From Saprospiraceae bacterium (GTDB lineage Bacteria; Bacteroidota; Bacteroidia; Chitinophagales; Saprospiraceae): a stretch of DNA of 64,000 bases. The stretch is from NCBI GenBank assembly GCA_044224705.1, contig JBGAJY010000005.1, forward strand, positions 2,220-66,219, given 5' to 3'. Position 1 is the stretch's first letter, and every line of letters starts with the position of its first letter. A program made the position numbers and the translations under genes. Shown piece by piece: positions 33,281 through 41,848 of the stretch. The notes below the pieces were generated by a model that ran no database searches, had not been told where the DNA came from, and saw only the letters and a program-made list of their open reading frames with translations.

Positions 33281-33995
33281 ATTTCCCGTACCTCCGTCCG
33301 CGCATTTGCAGTACCCCCAGCATGGCTTCCTTGATAATTTTCAGGGACATTTTTGAAACCCCCTTTTCGCGATCCTTAAAGGTGATGGGCACTTCGTGAA
33401 TGACGAAACCCAGGGTGTGGGCCGCGTATTTCATTTCGATCTGAAAGGCGTATCCGATGAAGCGGATTTTATCCAAATCCATGGTTTCCAGCACCTTGCG
33501 CCGGTAGCAGATAAAGCCTGCGGTGGGGTCGCTCACGTGCATCCACAGGATGGCCGAGGCATACATCGAGGCGCCTCGGGAGAGGATGATACGGTCGGCG
33601 GGCCAGTTGCGGACATGGCCGCCGGAACAATACCTTGACCCTACGGCCACGTCGGCGCCTTCATCGCGGCAGGCGGCCAGGAGCCGTGGCAGGTCTTCGG
33701 GGTTGTGGGAAAAATCGGCGTCCATCTCGAAAAAGTACTGGTAGGACCGTTCCAGCCCCCAGCGAAACCCCGCGATATAAGCAGTCCCAAGACCCTGCTT
33801 GCCCTTGCGTTCCAGCAGGTGCAGGCGCGCCGGCCATTGGTTTTGCATGCCGCGCACGAGACCGGCCGTGCCATCGGGGGAGCTGTCGTCCACGATCAGC
33901 ACATGGAAGGGTTCGGGCAGGGCGAATACCGCTCCGATGATCGCTTCAATGTTTTCGCGTTCGTTGTATGTGGGAATGATGACGAGGGAGGACAT
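33279..33995 (-). CDS. Polyprenol/dolichol-phosphate mannosyltransferase (GT2, Dpm1-like)
   Basis: 'LVIIPTYNERENI', 'VLIVDDSSPDGT', 'GKQGLGTAY..G' and 'FFEMDADFSHNPEDLP' are the canonical pattern. Confidence 0.85.
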   Translation of the reverse strand: MSSLVIIPTYNERENIEAIIGAVFALPEPFHVLIVDDSSPDGTAGLVRGMQNQWPARLHLLERKGKQGLGTAYIAGFRWGLERSYQYFFEMDADFSHNPEDLPRLLAACRDEGADVAVGSRYCSGGHVRNWPADRIILSRGASMYASAILWMHVSDPTAGFICYRRKVLETMDLDKIRFIGYAFQIEMKYAAHTLGFVIHEVPITFKDREKGVSKMSLKIIKEAMLGVLQMRGRRYGK

Positions 33996-34079
33996 GGCAC
34001 AGGTTTCAGGTATCAGGGTTACAGGATGTCATTTCCGGCGGTTGCTTTTTTGGAACCTGGAGCCCTGAAACGTGGAGAT

Positions 34080-35336
34080 TTACACCGCAAAAGCGATGGC
34101 GAAAGCCAGCACCGATGTGATGAGGCCGTACATGAAAATATTGTAGCACCAGCTGAGGTATTTGTATTTTTTGGCCAGAACGATGCCGAGGAAATACAAA
34201 TCGCGGCTCATGGAGCTGTATAGAAATTCGGGGTCCTTCAGCATTTCGTTCACGCCCCACTGAAATTCCTCCAGTTGCATGTTGTAAAAATTGCCGAAAA
34301 AGAGCAGGTTGGCCTTGCGCTGCCGGATGGCTTCGCGGTCTACCTTGCCTTCGGTCACTTTCGGACGGGTGCTGAGCGTGGCGTAAATCATGGAGCCCAG
34401 GCAGGTCAGGGTGAGGATGAGGGTCGGGATCGCCAGTTGATAGAAAGATTTGCCTTCGCCGTCCAGGATTTTGGGCAGCAGGTTGCTGACGAGGATGGAG
34501 ATGACGATGGCGTTGACCGAAAGCATGAGGTTGGCCTTGCTGTCGGCCATGGAACTGAGGTTGGTGTGTGTCCGGTAGGTGGTGCGGTACATGGTTTCGA
34601 CGCCTCGGCCGAAGCGCGCCATTTTGAGTTCGTTTTCGCTTTCGCGCAGGATTTTGTCGAGGTCGGTTTTCTTTTCTTTTTCATCGAGCAGGGCCAGTTC
34701 CTGCACCGTGGGTGCCTTGTCGGGATTGAGGCGGCGTTTTTGTTTCAGCAGTTGCTGGATGTGTTTGGCCTTGCGTTTGTTGAACAGGTCGCTGGCGACT
34801 GCTGTGTGGTAGTCGTGGTTGAGCATAAAATTGAGCTCGAAATCCACCCAGTCCGAATCGCTCATCACCGTTTGGCGGGTGAGGGTCAGTTCCTGGCGCA
34901 GGCGGCTGGTCCGGTCCCAGTAGCTTTCCATGCCGAGGTGGCTGAGATCGGCGTCGCAGATCACTTGTTCGAGCAAGGTTTCGGGTCGTTGGGGCACTTT
35001 GGTGCTGCGGATGCAGCCGAGGAGGATCGCAATGTCTTCGTCGGATATTTTTCCTTGAAAATATGCCTTGGCGTAGTTACAGCTTCGCTCTTCGTGGTCT
35101 TGGGGGCCGTGGGAGTAGCCGGTATCATGAAACCATGTCGCCAATTGGAGCAACATCAGGTCGTGTTCGTCCAGCGAAAATCCTTCGCCGATCATCCGGA
35201 CTGCCGCGACGGTTTGCAGGGTATGGTCCCAGTCGTGAAAGACATATTCCGTGGACACTTTTTCAGCAAAAAACTCCCGTACATAGGCTTCGGTTTCCTG
35301 CAACAGTTGTGCGGCATTGACAGTGGTAGTTGTCAT
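34080..35336 (-). CDS. HD-domain phosphohydrolase fused to a C-terminal multi-TM module
   Basis: HD motifs 'VFHDWDHT' and 'ATWFHDTGY'. Charged linker. Then helices 'ANLMLSVNAIVISILVSNLL', 'LAIPTLILTLTCLGSMIYATL' and 'LYFLGIVLA...YNIFMYGLITSVLAFAIAFAV'. ATG 35336 (track start 35360 is a TTG). Confidence 0.7.
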   Translation of the reverse strand: MTTTTVNAAQLLQETEAYVREFFAEKVSTEYVFHDWDHTLQTVAAVRMIGEGFSLDEHDLMLLQLATWFHDTGYSHGPQDHEERSCNYAKAYFQGKISDEDIAILLGCIRSTKVPQRPETLLEQVICDADLSHLGMESYWDRTSRLRQELTLTRQTVMSDSDWVDFELNFMLNHDYHTAVASDLFNKRKAKHIQQLLKQKRRLNPDKAPTVQELALLDEKEKKTDLDKILRESENELKMARFGRGVETMYRTTYRTHTNLSSMADSKANLMLSVNAIVISILVSNLLPKILDGEGKSFYQLAIPTLILTLTCLGSMIYATLSTRPKVTEGKVDREAIRQRKANLLFFGNFYNMQLEEFQWGVNEMLKDPEFLYSSMSRDLYFLGIVLAKKYKYLSWCYNIFMYGLITSVLAFAIAFAV

Positions 35337-35414
35337 ATTTTTTTCAAAGATGGCAGGCAAAGGTAAGGGAGTTTACATGTCTTCTGCGGGGCCTGTGGGC
35401 CTGCTGCAGTTTTT

Positions 35415-36464
35415 TCAAAGAAAATCAACATCCACCGCGTAAGGGTAGGTCATGAGGTATTCCAGCGCTTTTTCCACCGGCAAATCCTGAAAAACCACTC
35501 CATAAAGCGTGGAGGTGATCGGGACGTGCAGTTTGTACTGGCGGGCCAGTTGCCTGGCAATTCGCAGGGTTCGGACGCCTTCGGCCAGTTCGGGCATGTT
35601 CTGGCGGATTTCCTCCGCCGATTCGCCTTTGGCCAGCCGGGTGCCGAAAGTGTAATTCCGGCTGTTCACGCTCGTCGCCGTCGCCACCAGGTCGCCGATG
35701 CCGGCAACGCCTATAAACGCCTGACTGGAGGCGCCAAGTGCCTTGCCGAAATAAACCATTTCCGCCAGTCCGCGCGCGATGAGCAGGCCCTGGATGTTTC
35801 GTCCGAGGCCGAGCCCTCCCAAGACACCCGAGCCGAGCGCCACGATGTTTTTCAAAGCCCCTGCCAGCTCGGCACCCAGGATGTCGTAGGATCCGAAAAC
35901 ATGGAATTTCTGGCTGTTGAGGGCCGTCTGGCCGGCCTGGATCACTTCCCTGAAACGGCTGCCCACGACGGTGGCGGCGGGTTGGCCGGCCATGATCTCC
36001 GCGGCGAGATTGGGCCCCGAAAGGCACCCGACACGCACTACGCTGCTTTCTTCCTGCACGACCTCGCTCATGGTGCGCACGTTGCTGCGCGTCACGGCGA
36101 TGCCGGGTTTGGTCAGGTCTTCTTCTTCCAGGTCTTTGAGGTCAAATCCTTTTGTGCCGTGGATGATGATGTGGTGTGGTCGCAGGTAGGGGGCCAGCGC
36201 CTGCATCATGCGCCGGAAGCTGGTGGAGGGAACGATCGGGAAAATAAGGGTGCAGTGTTCCGCCAGTTCGCTCAGTTCGCTTGTGGCCGTTACCCGCGGC
36301 GACAGGGAGACGCCGAGGTGCATTCGGGTCCGGTTGATCTCCTCAACGGTCTCCTGTTTACGGCTGAACAACAGTACGTCGGCATTGCTGGCCAATAAGT
36401 TGGCCACGGCGGTGCCGAAACTGCCTGCACCCAAAACGCCGACCGGATTAAACGGTGATTTCAT
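35415..36464 (-). CDS. gpsA: NAD(P)H-dependent glycerol-3-phosphate dehydrogenase
   Basis: 'VGVLGAGSFGTAVANLLA' Rossmann motif, 'GPNLAAEI' and 'LKNIVALGSG' are typical of GpsA. Confidence 0.85.
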   Translation of the reverse strand: MKSPFNPVGVLGAGSFGTAVANLLASNADVLLFSRKQETVEEINRTRMHLGVSLSPRVTATSELSELAEHCTLIFPIVPSTSFRRMMQALAPYLRPHHIIIHGTKGFDLKDLEEEDLTKPGIAVTRSNVRTMSEVVQEESSVVRVGCLSGPNLAAEIMAGQPAATVVGSRFREVIQAGQTALNSQKFHVFGSYDILGAELAGALKNIVALGSGVLGGLGLGRNIQGLLIARGLAEMVYFGKALGASSQAFIGVAGIGDLVATATSVNSRNYTFGTRLAKGESAEEIRQNMPELAEGVRTLRIARQLARQYKLHVPITSTLYGVVFQDLPVEKALEYLMTYPYAVDVDFL

Positions 36465-36500
36465 CGAGTTGTATTTTGAAAGAACAATAGCTGAATGGGG

Positions 36501-37841
36501 TTATAATTCATTGGCTTTCAGTGTTTTTTTCCATAATTCTTTTCCGTTGGCGTCGTGCACGGCGATTTCCATCTGCCGGTCGGTTCGCGGACCGCTGAAA
36601 CGCAGGAGCGCGAAGTTGTGCTGCGTCACGATGGTGCCTTCCACGCGCAGGGCGTTCTGGGTTTTGGTAGCGGCGTCGGTAAAAGAGCCGGCTGTGAGCG
36701 AGGAGGCAGTGAGGTCGTACACCCAGTTGCCGTTGGCGTTTTTGAGCGCGCTGAGTTCGGTGAAATGCTGGTCGCCGGTGAGAAAGATCACGCCTTTGAT
36801 TTTTTCGCGTTCGATGCGGGCGAGGATGGTGTCGCGTTCGGCGGGGTATAAGTTGCTGAATGTTTCGCCGCCTTTGTTGGTGGAGAGCAATTGTCCGCCG
36901 ATGGCCACGATCTTGAAGGGCGCCCAACTGTTGGCCAGCGACCCGATGAGCCAGTCGATCTGAGCCTTGCCCAGTTGCGTGCGTTCGCAAGTGTTGCAGT
37001 AGTTGGGGGAGCGGAAGTAGCGGTCGTCGAGCAGGAAAAAATCCACGTCGTTGTACTGAAAGTAGGTGGTGCAGCCTTTTTGACCGGGCAGTCCGAAAGT
37101 CGGGTTGCCCCAGAAAGCGCGGAATACCTCCCATGAATCTTCCTTGTGCACCCAGTTGGCGTCGCTGTCGTTGGGGCCGTAGTCGTGATCGTCCCAGATC
37201 GCGTATTGGTTGGTATTAGCCAGGAAAGGCTGCAGTTCTGGAAGGGAGCGGGTGTGGGTGTAGCGGCGCAGCATGCCGTTGCGGGTGGCCCAGTCCGGTT
37301 CGCGGGTGTAGGTATTGTCGCCCAGCCAGATCATCAGGTCGGGATGCTGCTGATAAAGGCTGGTCGTAATTTGATAATCAGAGCCGTAGGGTTTTCCGGG
37401 GCGGTCGTATTGCGGTTCGTTGATGTAAAAACAGCTGCCTGTGGCGACGGTAAATGCCGGCGGATCGCTGCGCCAGCGCCAGAGCGCCTGCGTTTTGAAC
37501 GTGGTGGGATAGGGCAGCGTCACCTTGCGGCCATTGATGCGCAGGCGGTAGCCGTAGCTGCGGCCGGGTTCGAGTTCGTCCGCGATACATTTAGCCGTAA
37601 AACCCGTGTTTTTTTCGGTTTTGACCTTGTCGGTCCGGTGAATGACGTTGGGGGTTTCCAGGTCCCAGTAGTCAAACTGGACCGTGGCGGCGCGTTTGGT
37701 TTGCGCCCAAAGCAGGACCTCCTTGAGATCGGCATAGCCCAACATGGGCCCCGACTGGAGCAGCGACCGCTGCGAAAAGCCCGAATCTGGTGTTAAAAAA
37801 AAGCAAAGGAAAGCAACTGAAATGCTGAATCGGAGGGGCAT
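36501..37841 (-). CDS. PhoD-like alkaline phosphatase/phosphodiesterase (metallophosphatase)
   Basis: Signal peptide. 'IWLGDNTYT', 'AIWDDHDYGPNDSD' and 'VIFLTGDQHFTE' metallophosphatase motifs. Confidence 0.8.
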   Translation of the reverse strand: MPLRFSISVAFLCFFLTPDSGFSQRSLLQSGPMLGYADLKEVLLWAQTKRAATVQFDYWDLETPNVIHRTDKVKTEKNTGFTAKCIADELEPGRSYGYRLRINGRKVTLPYPTTFKTQALWRWRSDPPAFTVATGSCFYINEPQYDRPGKPYGSDYQITTSLYQQHPDLMIWLGDNTYTREPDWATRNGMLRRYTHTRSLPELQPFLANTNQYAIWDDHDYGPNDSDANWVHKEDSWEVFRAFWGNPTFGLPGQKGCTTYFQYNDVDFFLLDDRYFRSPNYCNTCERTQLGKAQIDWLIGSLANSWAPFKIVAIGGQLLSTNKGGETFSNLYPAERDTILARIEREKIKGVIFLTGDQHFTELSALKNANGNWVYDLTASSLTAGSFTDAATKTQNALRVEGTIVTQHNFALLRFSGPRTDRQMEIAVHDANGKELWKKTLKANEL

Positions 37842-38035
37842 GGCAAGGGCAATTGTTGAGCCGGCGAAAGTACGGGAAAAGGTCGTTTAAACTTTTTTTT
37901 AGCAAAAAAGTCATACTGTCACCCAACCATTTCAGCACGGCCTGCGTCGTTAAAATAAAAATAAAATTCTCCAAAAACCTTGGATTATCCAATTATAAAT
38001 CCTTACTTTGAAGCAAATAAAAAAGGAGGTTCGCT

Positions 38036-38464
38036 ATGATGACCCGCACAACCACGTTCTTATTCCTCCTTGTCCTTTCCTGCTCTGCCGCTGCCCAATC
38101 TTCCGGCAAAACTTTTTCCAAGTCTTTCAACACGGATGGAAAAATGAAGGTCGCTCTCGATTTACCGGGCGAGGTGGATTTAAAAGTTTGGGACAATCCG
38201 TCAATCCGCATTGAGATCAGCGTCACGTTGCCTGACGGCACCAACAGCGCCATGCTCAATGAACTGGCCAACGTAGGCCGTTACAATCTGGTCGCCAAAT
38301 CTGAAGAGGAGTTGCTGCTTATCACAGCCCCTAATTTGCAGCGCCAGGTCAAAGTAAAAGGTCAGGACTTGAAAGAATCGCTGTCTTTCGTCGTCTACGT
38401 GCCGAAAAAAATGGAGGTCGAGATGCGCAACGCCGCGTTGCTGGCCGCTTCCAAGAACAAATAA
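38036..38464 (+). CDS. Small secreted hypothetical protein (paralog of 38604-39026)
   Basis: Signal MMTRTTTFLFLLVLSCSAAAQ. Shares the pattern V.LDL...V.L..W...SI.IE..V.L......L..L...GRY with the next gene. Confidence 0.6.
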   Translation: MMTRTTTFLFLLVLSCSAAAQSSGKTFSKSFNTDGKMKVALDLPGEVDLKVWDNPSIRIEISVTLPDGTNSAMLNELANVGRYNLVAKSEEELLLITAPNLQRQVKVKGQDLKESLSFVVYVPKKMEVEMRNAALLAASKNK

Positions 38465-38494
38465 TTCCAGCGATACCAGGCTGCGAAACACTAC

Positions 38495-38529
38495 TTATTG
38501 CCCGTGCCGCATGAGCGGCCGGGCAATAA
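38495..38529 (+). terminator. Stem-loop after the first paralog
   Basis: TTATTGCCCG (38495-38504) pairs with CGGGCAATAA (38520-38529). The T-tract is weak (ttcttt). Confidence 0.4.
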
Positions 38530-38603
38530 TTCTTTAGCGGAAACTGCGTTTTTATCAAAACACAACAGGCATTCCCGAACTTTGTCCCGAAAAATTACTG
38601 AAC

Positions 38604-39026
38604 ATGCCCTACCGCCTGCCCATTCTGCTGTTGTTCCTGTCGTTGAGTCTTCCGGCATCCGCCCAAATGGAACGCACGATCTACCAGGTCTTTGAGGTGG
38701 ATTCGGTGAAAACCGTTTCGCTCGACCTCGCCGACGTGTACGACATTTACAGCTGGGGCGGCAGCAGCATCCTGGTCGAAACCAACATCAAGATTTCCTT
38801 CGCCTCGCCCGACATCCTCGATTACCTGATCAAGGAAGGCCGCTACGCCATTGCCATGGATACCCTGGCGCCCGACGCCATGAAGATTTATACCAAAAAT
38901 CGCAACCGAAAACCCATCAAAACCCCCAACGGGGTATGCACCGAAATCCCGGATGCCAAAATTTTCGTTCCCGATACCTTCATCTGGACCGACGACAAAA
39001 AGACGCTTACCCGTAAAACGCAGTGA
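38604..39026 (+). CDS. Small secreted hypothetical protein (paralog of 38036-38464)
   Basis: Signal MPYRLPILLLFLSLSLPASAQ. Same beta-rich pattern as the upstream gene. Confidence 0.6.
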   Translation: MPYRLPILLLFLSLSLPASAQMERTIYQVFEVDSVKTVSLDLADVYDIYSWGGSSILVETNIKISFASPDILDYLIKEGRYAIAMDTLAPDAMKIYTKNRNRKPIKTPNGVCTEIPDAKIFVPDTFIWTDDKKTLTRKTQ

Positions 39027-39035
39027 TTTTTATTT

Positions 39036-39200
39036 TTAAACCACATGAAGGACACATAAAGGGCATATGAAGAAAAGGAAAGTGGATGCCCCAATGTATG
39101 AGGCGCAAAGTGAGGTTAAGCATGGAAAGCCGGACGTAACCCGCAATCTTTCTTACCCTTTTTCTTCATGAGCCTTTTATCTGTCCTTCATGTGGTTTAA
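39036..39200. repeat. MITE-like element: ~43-nt imperfect terminal inverted repeats around a ~78-nt core
   Basis: The left arm ttaaaccacatgaaggacacataaagggcatatgaagaaaagg compares with the reverse complement of the right arm ttaaaccacatgaaggacagataaaaggctcatgaagaaaaagg (about 4 mismatches plus 1 indel). Confidence 0.8.
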
Positions 39201-39252
39201 AACATCCTTCAGTGGTAACCCAGTTTCCCGATAAATACGGGACCTCCGACCC

Positions 39253-40842
39253 ATGCCTCACTTAGTCGAACTCGTTGTCTCGCCCGCCGAGCGCCATGAC
39301 GCCCGGCTTTTGCTACAAAAAGCCGCCCGGCAAACCGGCCTTTCCCCCGGCGCCATTGTGCACATTCAAATCCTGAAATCTTCACTCGATGCCCGCAGCC
39401 GTAACCCGGTGTTCCGCCTGCGCGTTGAGGTATATGGCCCGGGTGAGGTTTTTACCCCCGAACCGGCTTTGCTATCGGGTTATCACCCCGTGGACGGCAG
39501 CAGGAAGGTCATCATCGTCGGAGCCGGACCGGCCGGATATTTCGCCGCTTTGGAACTGCTGGAACGCGGCATACGGCCCATCGTACTCGACCGCGGAGAA
39601 GATGCCCGCACCCGCCGGCGCGCCCTGCGCGACATCCAGCAGTTCGGCATCGTACACCCTCACTCCAATTATTGTTTCGGCGAAGGCGGCGCAGGTACGT
39701 ACTCGGACGGCAAGCTGTACACCCGCTCGGTCAAACGCGGCGACATCCAGAAAGCCCTGCGACTGCTGGTGGAACACGGCGCCAAATCGGACATCCTCGT
39801 TGAAGCGCACCCCCACATCGGCTCCAATAAACTACCTGGCGTGGTGCAAAACCTGCGCGCCACCATCGAACACTTTGGCGGCGAGGTGCATTTCAACCAA
39901 TACGTCTCCGATTTTTTGATCAAAAACGGCCGTATGGTCGGTGTTGTATCCGAAAACGTCGGCCCGGAAAACGCCGGTGCAGCTTCTTCCTCCGTCCATC
40001 TCGCCGACGCTGTAATCCTTGCCACCGGCCACTCCGCCCGCGATATTTACCGGCTGCTGCACGCCAAAAACCTGCGCCTCGAAGCGAAACCGTTTGCCCT
40101 CGGCGTTCGGGTGGAACATCCACAGGCGCTCGTCGACGACATTCAGTACCGCCAGAATCCGCGCGACGAACATTTGCCGCCGGCGAGTTACAGTCTCGTA
40201 TGCCAGGTAGGTGCAAGGGGCGTGTTTTCTTTTTGTATGTGTCCCGGTGGGCTGATTGTTCCGGCCGCCACCGCTCCAGGCGAAATCGTGGTGAACGGCA
40301 TGAGTATGAGCCGCCGCGATTCGCCCTTTGCCAATTCAGGCATGGTGACTGCGGTAGAAGCCGAAGACCTGGCTCCCTGGGCAAAGCACGGGGTTTTTGC
40401 GGCACTCGAATTCCAGCAATCGGTAGAGCAACGCCTTTTTGCCGCCGGCGACGGCAGTCAGAAAGGCCCGGCATTGCGGTTGCCCGATTTTATTTCGGGA
40501 AAATTATCCGCCGATTTGCCGGCCACGAGTTACATCCCCGGACTTTATCCCGCTCCGCTGCATGAATTGCTTCCTGCATTCATCTACCAGCGACTGCGCG
40601 AAGGGCTGAGCCAGTTTGGCAAAATGATGCGCGGGTTTTACACCCGCGAAGCCAATGTCGTGGCCACGGAGAGCCGTACCAGTGCTCCGGTTCGTATCCC
40701 GCGCGATGCCACAACGCTCATGCATCCCGATGTGGAAGGCCTATTTCCCTGTGGTGAAGGCGCAGGCTATGCCGGGGGAATTATTTCTGCTGCGTTGGAT
40801 GGGCAAAATGTGGCGCGGGCGGTGGCAGTGTTTTTTGAATAG
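39253..40842 (+). CDS. NAD(P)/FAD-dependent oxidoreductase (COG2509-like, FAD-dependent protein C-terminal domain)
   Basis: Dinucleotide fold 'KVIIVGAGPAGYFAALEL'. 'GEGGAGTYSDGKL', 'CMCPGG' and 'PCGEGAGYAGGIISAALDG'. Confidence 0.75.
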   Translation: MPHLVELVVSPAERHDARLLLQKAARQTGLSPGAIVHIQILKSSLDARSRNPVFRLRVEVYGPGEVFTPEPALLSGYHPVDGSRKVIIVGAGPAGYFAALELLERGIRPIVLDRGEDARTRRRALRDIQQFGIVHPHSNYCFGEGGAGTYSDGKLYTRSVKRGDIQKALRLLVEHGAKSDILVEAHPHIGSNKLPGVVQNLRATIEHFGGEVHFNQYVSDFLIKNGRMVGVVSENVGPENAGAASSSVHLADAVILATGHSARDIYRLLHAKNLRLEAKPFALGVRVEHPQALVDDIQYRQNPRDEHLPPASYSLVCQVGARGVFSFCMCPGGLIVPAATAPGEIVVNGMSMSRRDSPFANSGMVTAVEAEDLAPWAKHGVFAALEFQQSVEQRLFAAGDGSQKGPALRLPDFISGKLSADLPATSYIPGLYPAPLHELLPAFIYQRLREGLSQFGKMMRGFYTREANVVATESRTSAPVRIPRDATTLMHPDVEGLFPCGEGAGYAGGIISAALDGQNVARAVAVFFE

Positions 40843-40857
40843 GGTTGTTTCAGGAGG

Positions 40858-40949
40858 GTTACCACGATTTTAAAAGGATTTACCAGGATGGAGGGCAGGA
40901 ACAAACCAATGCTCTCCATCCTGGTAAATCCTTTTAAAATCCTGGTAAC
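40858..40949. repeat. Long hairpin (36-nt arms, one mismatch, 20-nt loop) between convergent genes
   Basis: gttaccacgattttaaaaggatttaccaggatggag (40858-40893) pairs with ctccatcctggtaaatccttttaaaatcctggtaac (40914-40949). Confidence 0.9.
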
Positions 40950-40950
40950 T

Positions 40951-41589
40951 CTATTCAAAAATACCGAACCCCGGAAGCCCGCGGATAAAATCCGTCAGCG
41001 GTGGCGTGTGCAAATCTGCCAAATTCACTTCGTAGGTGTCGGTGTAAAAAGTGAAACTGGTGCCATCAGCCCGGATGCGTGAAGCGCCTGAAGGAAACAA
41101 TTGCCCCACGACCCCCGATCTTATTTCGTCTTTTCCCACAAAACCGACAAACGACCCGACAAATCGCCCGCCGGCTTCTTCGTGCAGGTTGATATGGAAA
41201 TAGCAATCGGTCAGCGAGCCGGGACGGTTGAGTTGGGAGGCGGGGATATTGAGCACGTAACCCCTGCCGAAACGATTGGTTTTTCGGCGCATCGTTTTGA
41301 CATCAAAGCATTTATAGACGCCGTCCACGAACAGTTCGAAGTCTTTTCCCCAATCCTGCCCGTCGTCGGCGCCGAAAGACCGGGACGGCCGCTGCAACTG
41401 GTAGGCATCGGCAAATAACACCTCGCCGAGGCTGCCGGTAAAGCGCAATTCAACGGTGCGGGCCTGGTGGCCGGTGCCGTCCCAGATGTTCGGGATGCGG
41501 TGGTGCTGCATGGAATATTCCACCAATTGGCGGGCGAAGGCCACTTGTTCGGTCGTAGCATGAATTTGGAAAAAGGCCCGGTGTCGCAT
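40951..41589 (-). CDS. Hypothetical protein with PD-(D/E)xK nuclease-like motif
   Basis: 'GSLGEVLFADAY...GKDFELFVDGVYKCFDVKT' fits an E...D...(D/E)xK core. ATG 41589 (MRHRAFF) is preferred over track start 41664. Confidence 0.55.
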   Translation of the reverse strand: MRHRAFFQIHATTEQVAFARQLVEYSMQHHRIPNIWDGTGHQARTVELRFTGSLGEVLFADAYQLQRPSRSFGADDGQDWGKDFELFVDGVYKCFDVKTMRRKTNRFGRGYVLNIPASQLNRPGSLTDCYFHINLHEEAGGRFVGSFVGFVGKDEIRSGVVGQLFPSGASRIRADGTSFTFYTDTYEVNLADLHTPPLTDFIRGLPGFGIFE

Positions 41590-41848
41590 AGGAAGACAGG
41601 TTTGACGGGTCCTAAGATAAATTTCGGGACGGCACAGGGGGCTGGTTTTAGGGTGTTGCGCCAAAAATTTATTTCAATTTTTCGTTGAATTTCCACGGCA
41701 TCAGCCGTGGTCCAACAAGCAATTTTAAGGTCGCCAGGCCAGTTTTTTTGCTCTTTTGCCTGCCTTGGCAGCATTCCTGAGGACCATTTTTAGTGGTGTC
41801 GCCAATTTTTGCAAATCTTGTCCGGTTCCTTGTTGACCTGCTTTTACT

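Noticed and set aside
32410-33399. ORFs translating to PLAFCPLPFAPC-type peptides (32410-32772, 32664-32852, 33202-33399).
   Set aside because: They are simply translations of the 14-nt tandem arrays and overlap real genes on the other strand.
34275-35366. Long antisense ORFs inside confident genes. Examples are 34275-35366, 49295-50473, 61133-62506, 42965-43924, 15923-16660, 51512-52516, 21872-22711, 634-1458 and 2115-2810.
   Set aside because: All lie opposite genes with clear family motifs and are rich in Arg/Gly/Ala/His/Val, as expected for stop-poor antisense frames of GC-rich DNA. They lack signal, TM or catalytic motifs. They are typical shadow ORFs.
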